DNA of 64,000 nt, from assembly GCA_963678065.2 (NCBI GenBank), contig CAXXVZ010000004.1, positions 160,001 to 224,000 on the forward strand. The letters are read 5' to 3'. Source of the stretch: Treponemataceae bacterium. GTDB lineage: Bacteria > Spirochaetota > Spirochaetia > Treponematales > Rectinemataceae. Below, one piece after another: positions 21,921-30,197 of this stretch (its first letter is position 1; every line of letters begins with the position of its first letter). The notes under the pieces were generated by a model. It had not been told where the DNA came from and ran no database searches. It saw only the letters and a list, made by a program, of their open reading frames with translations. The position numbers and the translations under genes are program-made.

Positions 21921-22943
21921 ATGCATGACAAGATCCCGGCGCTCCTCGTGCTGTTCGCGGCTCTGTTCGCTCCGGGAGCTCAGGGCGTTCCGGGAATTCC
22001 GGCCCTCCCGGCAAAGGGCGCCGGCCCAGGCGACAGCCTGCGGATCAAGGCGGTCGGGGACGTCATGCTCGCACGGTCTGTCGGAAGGAGGCTTGCGCAA
22101 TACGGCTGGCAGGCCATATTCGGGCCGGGCGAGAGGGTTCTGGCGGAGGCGGACATCCTGACCGCGAACCTGGAATGCTGCATCTCGACGCGCGGCAAGC
22201 CTGAAAACAAGAAATACACCTTCAGAGCCGATCCCGGAGCGGCGGCGGCGCTGTCGCGGGCCGGTTTCACCCTCGTCTCGCTCGCCAACAACCATGCCAT
22301 GGACTACGGGCCAAAGGCCCTGGCTGAAACGATTTCTCTCCTCGACGCGGCGGGAATCGCCCATGTCGGAGCCGGAGCGAACGAGGATGAAGCGCGAAAG
22401 CCCGCCATCGTTACGCGCGGGGGGCTCCGCGTGGCCTTCCTTGGCTATGTGGCCGTACCCGTCGAGTCGGGCGGCTTCGACATCCGTTCATGGCAGGCCT
22501 CCGCTAAAAAGCCCGGCGTGGCCCTGGCGATTCCGGGCGACATACGCTCGGACGTGAGCGTGGCCCTCGGGCAGGCGGATGCCGTCGTCGTCCTGCTTCA
22601 TGCGGGACAGGAAGGTTCAACCGCGCGCACACGGGCCCAGACCGATGCCGCCAGGGCCGCCATCGACGGAGGCGCCTCTCTCGTCGTCGGCTCCCACCCC
22701 CACGTCGTGCAGGATCTGGAGACTTACGGAAAAGGCTACATCGCGTTCAGCCTCGGAAACTGGATCTTCGATGGCTTCGAGGAGGCCGGGGAGTCGGGCG
22801 CCGTCCTCGACGCGGTGCTGGCGGTGAAATCACGACCGGAGAACGTCGCCACGGCAGAGCGCAAAATGGCCGGAGCGGTATCCACTCCGGCCAGGATCGC
22901 GGGAATAGTATCTGCCTCGCTCCTCCGGCTGCCCCGGAAATGA
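21921..22943 (+). CDS. CapA family metallophosphoesterase (exported)
   Basis: 'VGDVM', 'ANLE', 'LANNHAMDYG', 'LHAG', 'GSHPHVVQ', 'FSLGN'; signal peptide. Confidence 0.9.
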   Translation: MHDKIPALLVLFAALFAPGAQGVPGIPALPAKGAGPGDSLRIKAVGDVMLARSVGRRLAQYGWQAIFGPGERVLAEADILTANLECCISTRGKPENKKYTFRADPGAAAALSRAGFTLVSLANNHAMDYGPKALAETISLLDAAGIAHVGAGANEDEARKPAIVTRGGLRVAFLGYVAVPVESGGFDIRSWQASAKKPGVALAIPGDIRSDVSVALGQADAVVVLLHAGQEGSTARTRAQTDAARAAIDGGASLVVGSHPHVVQDLETYGKGYIAFSLGNWIFDGFEEAGESGAVLDAVLAVKSRPENVATAERKMAGAVSTPARIAGIVSASLLRLPRK

Positions 22944-22957
22944 GGGGCTAAGAAGGC

Positions 22958-23665
22958 TCACTCTTCCCGGACAGTATTGCGCAGAATCCCGATGCCACCG
23001 ATCTCGATCTCGACGATATCGCCCTGACGCAGGCGTCCTACGCCGCTCGGGGTTCCGGTGACGACGATATCGCCCTCCTCGAGGGTCATCTGGGAGGAGA
23101 TGAAAGCGATCTGCTCGTCGATCGGGAAGATCATGTTGCGGGTATTGGATTTCTGGACAACCGTGCCGTTCAGCCTGCACTCGATGTCGAGGTTCTGAGG
23201 ATCCCCGATCAGCGCGTCGGGCACGACAACCGGCCCGATGGGCCCGAAGGTATCGAAGCTCTTTCCCCTGAACCAGCCCGAGCGGTCCGAATTCTGGATG
23301 TTCCGCTGGCTGACGTCGTTGAAGCAGGCATAGCCGAAGATGTGGGACCGGGCTTCGGCGGCCGGGATGTTCCGCCCGCCCCTTCCGATGATGACGGCCA
23401 GCTCAGCCTCGTAGTCGGTGCGCAGGCCGGGAAAACCGTACTTCAGGAGAAAGCTCGTCGGTATGACGATCTCCTCGCCCGGGCCGATGAGCACGTTCGG
23501 GGTTTTGGCAAAGAGTATGGGCTCCTTGGGCAGTTCGGTGCTTCCCGACTTGACGACGGAGAGGCTCTCGGCCACATGGTCCCGGTAGTTGAGACCGAGT
23601 GCGATGATTTTTCCGGGTTTTACCCTGTACGAGACATCCGATCCGAGTACGGGGAGCGTGACCAT
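22958..23665 (-). CDS. Fumarylacetoacetate hydrolase family protein
   Basis: 'GLNYRDH', 'DYEAELAVIIG', 'NDVSQR', 'GKSFDTFGPIGP', 'TGTPSGVG'; SD AAGGAGG. Confidence 0.93.
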   Translation of the reverse strand: MVTLPVLGSDVSYRVKPGKIIALGLNYRDHVAESLSVVKSGSTELPKEPILFAKTPNVLIGPGEEIVIPTSFLLKYGFPGLRTDYEAELAVIIGRGGRNIPAAEARSHIFGYACFNDVSQRNIQNSDRSGWFRGKSFDTFGPIGPVVVPDALIGDPQNLDIECRLNGTVVQKSNTRNMIFPIDEQIAFISSQMTLEEGDIVVTGTPSGVGRLRQGDIVEIEIGGIGILRNTVREE

Positions 23666-23917
23666 GGGGGACCTCCTTAAAAAGCGGACTTTCCGGGTAC
23701 TATACCCGCCGGGAACCCATGAATCAACAACCTCGCAGCGAGCTGCAGGGTATGAAGCCAGCTTCCGAAGCAATGCATGAACCGGTGCTTGCCCTGTCCC
23801 GGCTTTCTGATGCTACTATAGTATCGCATCGACGCACCGAAGAGGCGTGGGGCAGACAGGCAAAGGTCTTCTCTGGCCTCTACGCCGCGATGTATCCGAC
23901 GGCCTCGGGATGGTTGC

Positions 23918-25036
23918 ATGAAATCGGAACGGATCATTGTCGTGGGAGCGGGCCCCGCCGGGGCCTCGTTCGCCCTTGCGCTCGCCAGGAAAGGCATGCA
24001 CAGCATTCTCCTGGACGCGCGCGATTTTCCCCGTCCGAAACTCTGCGGAGGCGGGATCACGCAGAAGACACGCGAGGTCGTAATCCCACTCCTCGGCGAA
24101 GAGGCATACCGCAGCAGCGTGAAAGCGAGTTCCTCCGAAATAGAAATCCGCTACGACGGCAGGCGGGCCGCCCTTTTCACAACCGATTTGCCATTCGACT
24201 TCGTGGACAGGAGCCTGTACGACCTCGCCTTCGTCGATGCCTTCCGGAAGGCAGGAGGGGATTTCCGGCCCGGAGTGAAGGCGACGGGAATCGACGCGAA
24301 GCGCAGGCGGCTCCAGACGACGGCGGGCACCCTGGACTACGATATTCTCGTCTGCGCCGACGGGGCCACGAGTCTGATGCGTCGTTGCCTCGATCCGGAC
24401 TACCGCCCCGAGGGTTTCTGCTACGAGTACAAGACCTCCGATTCCGAAGGGAAGCTCGTCCACATCGACTTCTTTTCGACGATGAAAGGGTATTCCTGGT
24501 CATTCCCGAACGGAGCCGAACGGGTGATCGGGACCGGCTCCTTCTACCGAAAGCCGGTGGACGCTGGATTCCTCAAGGGCTTTCTCGGTGTCTATGGTCC
24601 TGTCCCGGAAAAACTTTCAGGCGCCTTCATTCCCCTCGGAGAAAGGCCCATGCTCTGCGCCCAGGCCGACGGCCGTGTCCACTTCCTGGGCGACGCGGCG
24701 GGATTCGCCAATCCCGTCACGGGCGAAGGACTCTTTTTCGCCACGAAGGCATCCCTCCTTCTGGCCGGACATCTCTCCGGAGAGCTGTCCGGGAGCGCCT
24801 ACCGCTCCGCGATGGCCGCGATAGGGCGGAGCCTGCGAATCTACGGCAGGGCGCAGGATCTGGTGTTCAGCCCGAGGGTGTGGGAAAAGCTCACGAGGGA
24901 GGGCAGATCTCATTCCGGATACAAACGGGTCTGCGACGGGATCATATCGCGGGACAAGAGCCCGCTCGGCTTCCTCGCCGGCCACTTCGGCCGCAAACTG
25001 ATCTCTGGGCTCGGAATCGGGACAAGGGAAGCTTAA
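23918..25036 (+). CDS. Geranylgeranyl reductase-like NAD(P)/FAD-dependent oxidoreductase
   Basis: GAGPAG, 'FPRPKLCGGG', 'ADGATS', 'GYSWSFP', 'GDAAGFANPVTGEG'. Confidence 0.85.
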   Translation: MKSERIIVVGAGPAGASFALALARKGMHSILLDARDFPRPKLCGGGITQKTREVVIPLLGEEAYRSSVKASSSEIEIRYDGRRAALFTTDLPFDFVDRSLYDLAFVDAFRKAGGDFRPGVKATGIDAKRRRLQTTAGTLDYDILVCADGATSLMRRCLDPDYRPEGFCYEYKTSDSEGKLVHIDFFSTMKGYSWSFPNGAERVIGTGSFYRKPVDAGFLKGFLGVYGPVPEKLSGAFIPLGERPMLCAQADGRVHFLGDAAGFANPVTGEGLFFATKASLLLAGHLSGELSGSAYRSAMAAIGRSLRIYGRAQDLVFSPRVWEKLTREGRSHSGYKRVCDGIISRDKSPLGFLAGHFGRKLISGLGIGTREA

Positions 25037-25136
25037 GACCCGATGCTGGGCCCGAGGCCGTATAGCCTCAACAAAAACCAACCTGCGGGTGAGCCGCGTG
25101 TTGCCTCATCCAGAAATCAATCCGGAGGAAGGGCCG

Positions 25137-25165
25137 TTGCCTGTCCCGCCCTGCCCGCCTATACT
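25137..25165 (+). promoter_or_regulatory. Sigma70-type promoter for the GlpA-like gene (probably leaderless)
   Basis: TTGCCT-17 bp-TATACT, then 7 bp to ATG 25173; no SD. Confidence 0.6.
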
Positions 25166-25172
25166 GTCCATC

Positions 25173-26435
25173 ATGCAAGATGGAGCCGGAAGCTCTCCCC
25201 TGTCGGGACAGGGAGCGAGCCCTTTGACCAGAACGCAGGCCGCGAAAACTCCGGGGAGCGCGAGGCTCCGCGTCTGCGTTGTCGGAGGCGGCGGGACAGG
25301 AGCCGCCCTCGCCTACGATCTCGCGCTCCGCGGGGTGCAGGTCGTCCTCCTGGAACGCGGCGAACTCACATCGGGGACGACGGGACGTCACCACGGCCAG
25401 CTCCACTGCGGCGCGCGCTACGCCGCGGCGGACAGAACCATCGCCAGGGAGTGCTACGAGGAAAGCCTCATCCTCCGCAGGATCGTTCCTCAGGCTGTGG
25501 AGTACAATGGAGGCCTCTTCGTCGCCCTCTCCGACGAGGAGGCCGACTGGACCCCGACTTTCATGGCCGCCCTCGCCGAATCCGGCATCCCCGCGTCGCG
25601 TCTCACCGCGCAAAGAGCGCTCGAACTGGAACCCGCCCTCAATCCCTTGATCCGGCTGGCTGTTCGCGTTCCGGACGGAACCTTCGACGCCTTCCGGGTC
25701 CCGCTCTCGTTTTTCGCCGCGGCCCGCGCACTCGGGGCCGACATACGGCCCTGGTGCGAAGTCGTCGGCTTCGAGCGATCGGGAGGGAGGGTAGTTGCGG
25801 CCCAGGTGGTGGACAGGCGCAACGGGAGTCCCGTGGAGGAGAGCGTCCGCGCGGACTACTTCGTCAACGCCGCGGGAGCCTGGGCCGGCTCCGTCGGGCT
25901 TCTCGCGGGAGTCGACATACCGGTAACGCCCGCGCCTGGGGCCCTCCTCGCCGTCAGATGTCGCATCTGCGACCATGTCGTGAGCAGGCTCCGTCCTCCC
26001 GCCGACGGCGATATCATGGTGCCCCAGAGGGGACTTTCGATCATTGGTTCGACCCAGCGGGACGGCCCTGTCTCCGAGGCCATCCGCCCTCTCCCGGAAG
26101 AGATCGAATTCCTCCGACACTCAGGCGCGCAGATGTTCCCTGCGTATGCGGATGCACCACTGCACGCGGCCTGGGCCGCGGCGCGCCCGCTCTCGGGACG
26201 GGCCACGGGCGACAGCAGACTCCTGTCGCGGGATTTCACGGTGATCGACCACTCGTTGACCGAAGGACTGGGGGGATTCTGCAGCCTCATAGGTGGCAAG
26301 GCCACCGTGCTCAGGGCCATGGCCGAAAAGGCCGCGGACATGGTCTGCTCCGCCTTCGGCCTGAAGACCGTCTGCCGCAGTGCGGACTTCGTCCTGCCAA
26401 GCTGGCGAGACTTCTACAGGGGTGAGCGGCAATGA
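25173..26435 (+). CDS. FAD-dependent oxidoreductase, anaerobic glycerol-3-phosphate dehydrogenase subunit A (GlpA)-like, lacking the C-terminal BFD-like domain
   Basis: GGGGTG, 'SGTTGRHHGQLHCGARYA', 'VNAAGAWA', 'RLRPPADGDIMVP', 'SRDFTVIDH', 'GGKATVLRAMAE'. Confidence 0.78.
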   Translation: MQDGAGSSPLSGQGASPLTRTQAAKTPGSARLRVCVVGGGGTGAALAYDLALRGVQVVLLERGELTSGTTGRHHGQLHCGARYAAADRTIARECYEESLILRRIVPQAVEYNGGLFVALSDEEADWTPTFMAALAESGIPASRLTAQRALELEPALNPLIRLAVRVPDGTFDAFRVPLSFFAAARALGADIRPWCEVVGFERSGGRVVAAQVVDRRNGSPVEESVRADYFVNAAGAWAGSVGLLAGVDIPVTPAPGALLAVRCRICDHVVSRLRPPADGDIMVPQRGLSIIGSTQRDGPVSEAIRPLPEEIEFLRHSGAQMFPAYADAPLHAAWAAARPLSGRATGDSRLLSRDFTVIDHSLTEGLGGFCSLIGGKATVLRAMAEKAADMVCSAFGLKTVCRSADFVLPSWRDFYRGERQ

Positions 26436-27073
26436 AGGCGACCATCGTTCTCCCTTCGGGAGAATTCGAGGTGGAAATCTCGGAAACGACAACCGTGCTC
26501 GATGCCCTGGAAACCCTCAGGGCCACGACAAGGAAGGACCTGCGCTACCGGCACTCCTGCCACCATGGGTCCTGCGGAACCTGCGGCGCCCTCATCAACG
26601 GCGCGCCGGCCCTCATGTGCCTCACCCGGATGGCGCCGCTCGCCGACGTTCCCGTCAGGATCGAACCGCTGGGCAAGATGCAGGTGATCGGAGATGTGGC
26701 CGTCCATCCGGGAAACTTTTTCGACGCGATGCCCGATACCGGATATGTCCGCAAAAGTGGCGTGACGCACGATGCCCCGAAGCCCGAGGGTTCGCCCTGG
26801 GAGCGTTTCGAGGCGTGCATCGAATGCGGCATCTGCGTGTCGGCCTGCCCTGTCACGGCTCCCTTCGAAGGGCCGGCCGCCCTGGCTGCCGCCGACAGGG
26901 AGCGCGAAGAGCGCCCCGCTCGGACCGAGGCCATGCTCGACTTCGCCGCAAAGCCGCGCGGGGTTCCAGCCTGCGAGCGCAGATTCGCCTGCAGCAGGGC
27001 ATGCCCCCAGGGCGTGGCGCCGGGACGGAGGATAGAAAATCTCAGGAAGACCTTGGCCGCGGGTCGAAAATGA
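26432..27073 (+). CDS. SdhB/FrdB-like iron-sulfur protein
   Basis: 'SCHHGSCGTC...C' (2Fe-2S), 'CIECGICVSACP' (4Fe-4S), 'CERRFACSRACP' (3Fe-4S type); ATGA overlap with the upstream gene. Confidence 0.88.
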   Translation: MKATIVLPSGEFEVEISETTTVLDALETLRATTRKDLRYRHSCHHGSCGTCGALINGAPALMCLTRMAPLADVPVRIEPLGKMQVIGDVAVHPGNFFDAMPDTGYVRKSGVTHDAPKPEGSPWERFEACIECGICVSACPVTAPFEGPAALAAADREREERPARTEAMLDFAAKPRGVPACERRFACSRACPQGVAPGRRIENLRKTLAAGRK

Positions 27074-27082
27074 TGAGGGTCG

Positions 27083-27277
27083 CATACCCGATAGTCACTT
27101 CACAAAAAAGAGCGCAGCAACTGGAGGTATGGACCCGCATGCGAATGAACGAACCCCGGAGCAGGGCTCCGAGGTATCGTTCGTTCTGTAAGGAATGGAT
27201 TGTATGCGGGTCCATACCCGATAGTCACTTCACAAGAAAGAGCGCAGCAACTGGGGGGTATGGACCCGCATGCGAAT
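27083..27277. repeat. 64/65-bp direct repeat with nested inverted repeats between convergent genes
   Basis: Copies at 27083-27146 and 27213-27277 (catacccgatagtcacttcacaa..agagcgcagcaactgg..gtatggacccgcatgcgaat); 27199-27218 is the inverted copy of the 3' arm. Confidence 0.9.
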
Positions 27278-27699
27278 CAATGCCCTCTGCGCCGTTCTTT
27301 CTTCTTTTCCTGCCTCGCCTCGAAGGCCAGCGCGGCAGTACTCCTCTTGTGAAATGCTCGCTCTGACTGTCGTTTAGCCATTTCCCGCTCAAAAGCCTGT
27401 TTGTAGGCGGCGTCCGCCCTCGAAGTGGAACCGAGGGTGGCCTGCAGCTTCTTCGCTTCGCGCAGCGAGCGCTTGAACCCCATTCCACGCGGAGAGCTTC
27501 CCGCGGTCAGTTCCGTCTTCAGGACTTCGAGATGAGCGAGTTCGTCGAGACAGAAGCTGAGAAGCTGCGGGTTGGTCGGTTCGGCGCCGAAAGTATGGCG
27601 ACCGACATACAGTACTCCATCGCGGCACGTTTCGAGAATTCCGACCCAGAACGGATCGTCAAAGCAAACGGTCAATGTTGCATAATCCGGAGAATCCAT
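27277..27699 (-). CDS. yjdF: YjdF family protein (DUF2992)
   Basis: 'LTVCFDDPFWVGILE...RHTFGAEP', 'KRSLREAKK', basic tail ending 'KKKERRRGH', and the upstream riboswitch. Confidence 0.88.
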   Translation of the reverse strand: MDSPDYATLTVCFDDPFWVGILETCRDGVLYVGRHTFGAEPTNPQLLSFCLDELAHLEVLKTELTAGSSPRGMGFKRSLREAKKLQATLGSTSRADAAYKQAFEREMAKRQSERAFHKRSTAALAFEARQEKKKERRRGH

Positions 27700-27729
27700 T
27701 TCCTTGACCCCTAAATACAATGATTTAAG

Positions 27730-27818
27730 GGTAAAGAACGGACATCCTGACAGGATGGTTACTGATATGGTCGCCCATACGCCCCGACTACCTACGGGGC
27801 CGTGTTTCTTCCTTTACC
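27730..27818 (-). ncRNA. yjdF (azaaromatic) riboswitch
   Basis: Minus strand GGUAAAG-GAAGAAACAC-GGCCCCGUAGGUAGUCGGGGC-GUAUGGGCGACCAUAU-CAGUAACC-AUCCUGUCAGGAU-GUCC-GUUCUUUACC carries the AAACAC, GGUAGUC, CAGUAACC and GGAUGUCC hallmarks and lies 30 nt 5' of yjdF. Confidence 0.9.
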
Positions 27819-28020
27819 TGGTTAGAGAAACTGTCTTCAAGATCGAGGAATACCATTGCGCACAGCAAAGGTCAAGATACCCGCCGCGCCGTACCCGCGG
27901 AGTCTGACCCCGTGTCGGACAGCATCAGCGCGATCCGCTTGCCTCCGTCTGGCCGCCCCTGCACAACTGGCTTCTGGCGCAGGGCGGGCAGACGGAGAAT
28001 GACCGCGTAGAGCGCCAGGT

Positions 28021-29283
28021 TCAGGAGACGCGGCGCAGGACGGTGACGCAGTTCGTGACGGAGCTGCCGCCGACATTGAAGGAGACGCCGACCTCGGGCT
28101 GGCTCTTGGCGGGCACGGCGCCGATGGGCCTCCCGACAAGCTGCCTGTGCAGGAGGGCGTGCATCGACACGCCGGTCGCGCCGACGGGGTGGCCCTTGGC
28201 CTTGAGGCCGCCGGAGAGATTGATGGCGCACTGCGGATCATCGCGGCCGAAGCGCCCGGCCATGTAGTCGTAGCCCGCGCGGCCGTCGGCCGAAAGCCCG
28301 AGCGCCTCGGTACACAGAAGCTGGTTGATCGTGAAGCAGTCGTGCACCTCGGCGATGTCGACATCTCCTATGCCGATTCCGGCCTCAAAGAAGGCGCGGC
28401 GCACGGCCTCCTTGCCCGCCATGAGCTCGTACATGTTGGGCCTGACCGACAGTGCGAGGCGCTCGTTGACGTGGCCGAAGCCGGCGATCTCGACGACGGG
28501 ACCGCCTCGCCTGCGAGCCTCTTCGGCGCTCATGACGACGAGGGCCGCCGCCCCGTCCGTGACGAGAGAGCAGTCGTGGAGGCGCAGGGGCTCGGCTATC
28601 ATCGGGTTCTTTTCCGGCGGCAGGCCGAGGATGGCCTGCGCCGTCACGAGACCGAGCTTGTCGGAGGGCCCGCCCTTCCCGAAATGGGCGAGCGGGTTGT
28701 CGAGGCCGTTGCGGTATCCCAGCGCCGAAACGTGGGCGAGCATGCGCGCGAGGGTCTCCGGGTCGAGGTTGTAGCGGGCGGCGTAGCCCTTCGCGTACTC
28801 GGAGAAGAGGCAGGGGAAGCTCACCGCTTTTGCACCCTCTTCCGGCCAATAGGAACAGGTGGCGAGGGCGTGGGTGACGCCCTTCGTGTCGAGGAGGTTC
28901 ATCTTCTCGACGCCTATGACGAGGGCGACCCTCGCCCTGCCCGACTCGACGGCGTAGATGGCGTTGTAGAGGGCGACGGAGCCGGAGGCGCAGGCGTCTT
29001 CGCAGCGTGTCATCGACTTGAAGCGGAGTCCCTCCGGGTCGACTTCCGTGGCGAACGCGGCGAGGTGCTCCTGGTTGGCGAAGAGGCCGGGCGCGCAGCT
29101 TCCCACCCAGACTCCGTCCACCTCCGCGCCGGTGAGGCCTGAGTCCGCGAGGGCGCCGCGGCCGGCCTCGACGAGGAGGTCGTAGATGGAGGCGAGATCG
29201 GTGACTTCGCCTGTCTCTTTGTTCTTTTTTACCAGGCTGCCGAATTTCGTGTTGTAGCTGCCGACGATCGATGTCTTGCCCAT
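28021..29283 (-). CDS. SCP2-type (non-classical) thiolase / acetyl-CoA acyltransferase
   Basis: 'EDACASG', 'GVEKM', 'DCSLVTDGAAA', 'EVHDCFT', 'NLSGGLKAKGHPVGATG', 'NVGG'. Confidence 0.9.
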   Translation of the reverse strand: MGKTSIVGSYNTKFGSLVKKNKETGEVTDLASIYDLLVEAGRGALADSGLTGAEVDGVWVGSCAPGLFANQEHLAAFATEVDPEGLRFKSMTRCEDACASGSVALYNAIYAVESGRARVALVIGVEKMNLLDTKGVTHALATCSYWPEEGAKAVSFPCLFSEYAKGYAARYNLDPETLARMLAHVSALGYRNGLDNPLAHFGKGGPSDKLGLVTAQAILGLPPEKNPMIAEPLRLHDCSLVTDGAAALVVMSAEEARRRGGPVVEIAGFGHVNERLALSVRPNMYELMAGKEAVRRAFFEAGIGIGDVDIAEVHDCFTINQLLCTEALGLSADGRAGYDYMAGRFGRDDPQCAINLSGGLKAKGHPVGATGVSMHALLHRQLVGRPIGAVPAKSQPEVGVSFNVGGSSVTNCVTVLRRVS

Positions 29284-29345
29284 GAGAAACTCCTTTTCAC
29301 AGGGTTTTGAGAAAGTCGAATGTGTTTTCAGTCTTCCTGTGTATT

Positions 29346-30131
29346 TCAGTGCCGCGCGGCGAAGCCTGCGACCAGTTTGACAAAGTACTCCGGATCCTCG
29401 GCCATGAGGGAGTGGCCGACATGCCCGACAATTTCGGGCTCTGCGTTGGGGAAAGCCTCCACGGTCTCGCGCATCATCGCTTCGGTCACGACGATATCCT
29501 TCCGCCCCCAGACCACGAGGACGGGCGCGGTGTAGCCGGAGCATTTCCCCCTGTAGTCGAAGCGCGTCAGCGCCCTCGCGTTTCCCGCGAAGGAGGCAGT
29601 ATTCATGAGGAGGGCCTCGTCGACAGCCTTTTCAAGGAAATCCGGATCGGTCAGTGTCGGGACGACGGAGCCGAGGGCGGCTTTCAGCACGGCGCGCGTC
29701 GTGCGCATCATCTCGATGAGGGGATACCGGTCCTCGGGTGTCTGCAGCCCCGAAGGGGCGGCCGAATCGACGAGAATCATAGCCCTGGAGAGTTCGGGCC
29801 GACGCGATGCTAAGGATATCGCGACGCCACCGCCGAGAGAATGCGCGACGACGAGGGGTTTATCCAGTCCGAGTTTCTCAATGAAGCCCGCGACGTAGTC
29901 CGCATACAGATCCAGATCGGAGGTGTCGGGCGCCGCGGCTTCGTCGATTCTGCCCGAACGCCCGAAATTGGGCATGTCGAGGGCTATCGTCCTGAAGCCC
30001 GGGATGTCCATGACCTTGGAGTACCAGTAGCTCGAGCCAGTGTTGCCGTGGATGTAGAGGATGGCGGGTCCCGATCCCGATTCGACATAGTAGATCGGAA
30101 CATTCAGCACGGTGACGAAAGCGCCTATCAT
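29346..30131 (-). CDS. Alpha/beta hydrolase (AHSLG nucleophile)
   Basis: 'IHGN', 'DMPNFGRS', 'AHSLGG', 'WGRKD', 'GH'; SD AGGAGG. Confidence 0.88.
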   Translation of the reverse strand: MIGAFVTVLNVPIYYVESGSGPAILYIHGNTGSSYWYSKVMDIPGFRTIALDMPNFGRSGRIDEAAAPDTSDLDLYADYVAGFIEKLGLDKPLVVAHSLGGGVAISLASRRPELSRAMILVDSAAPSGLQTPEDRYPLIEMMRTTRAVLKAALGSVVPTLTDPDFLEKAVDEALLMNTASFAGNARALTRFDYRGKCSGYTAPVLVVWGRKDIVVTEAMMRETVEAFPNAEPEIVGHVGHSLMAEDPEYFVKLVAGFAARH

Positions 30132-30197
30132 GAATAGACCTCCTGTCATGTCGGGGATGCCCTTTCGCGGACACCCCGACGGGCCGATTCGGCCAAT

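Noticed and set aside
21921..22943. Poly-gamma-glutamate capsule locus
   Set aside because: No capB or capC; stand-alone CapA-family genes are common.
23830..23900. c-di-GMP-I or lysine riboswitch (GGCAAA and AGAGGCG words)
   Set aside because: The other conserved elements and the required length are missing.
27083..27277. Possible CRISPR array, tRNA or full IS element
   Set aside because: Only two 64-bp copies, no cloverleaf or T-loop consensus and no transposase. Kept only as an unexplained repeat.
27344..27352. 9-bp complementarity between the yjdF CDS (TCTTGTGAA on +) and the repeat loop (TTCACAAGA)
   Set aside because: Too short to distinguish from chance.
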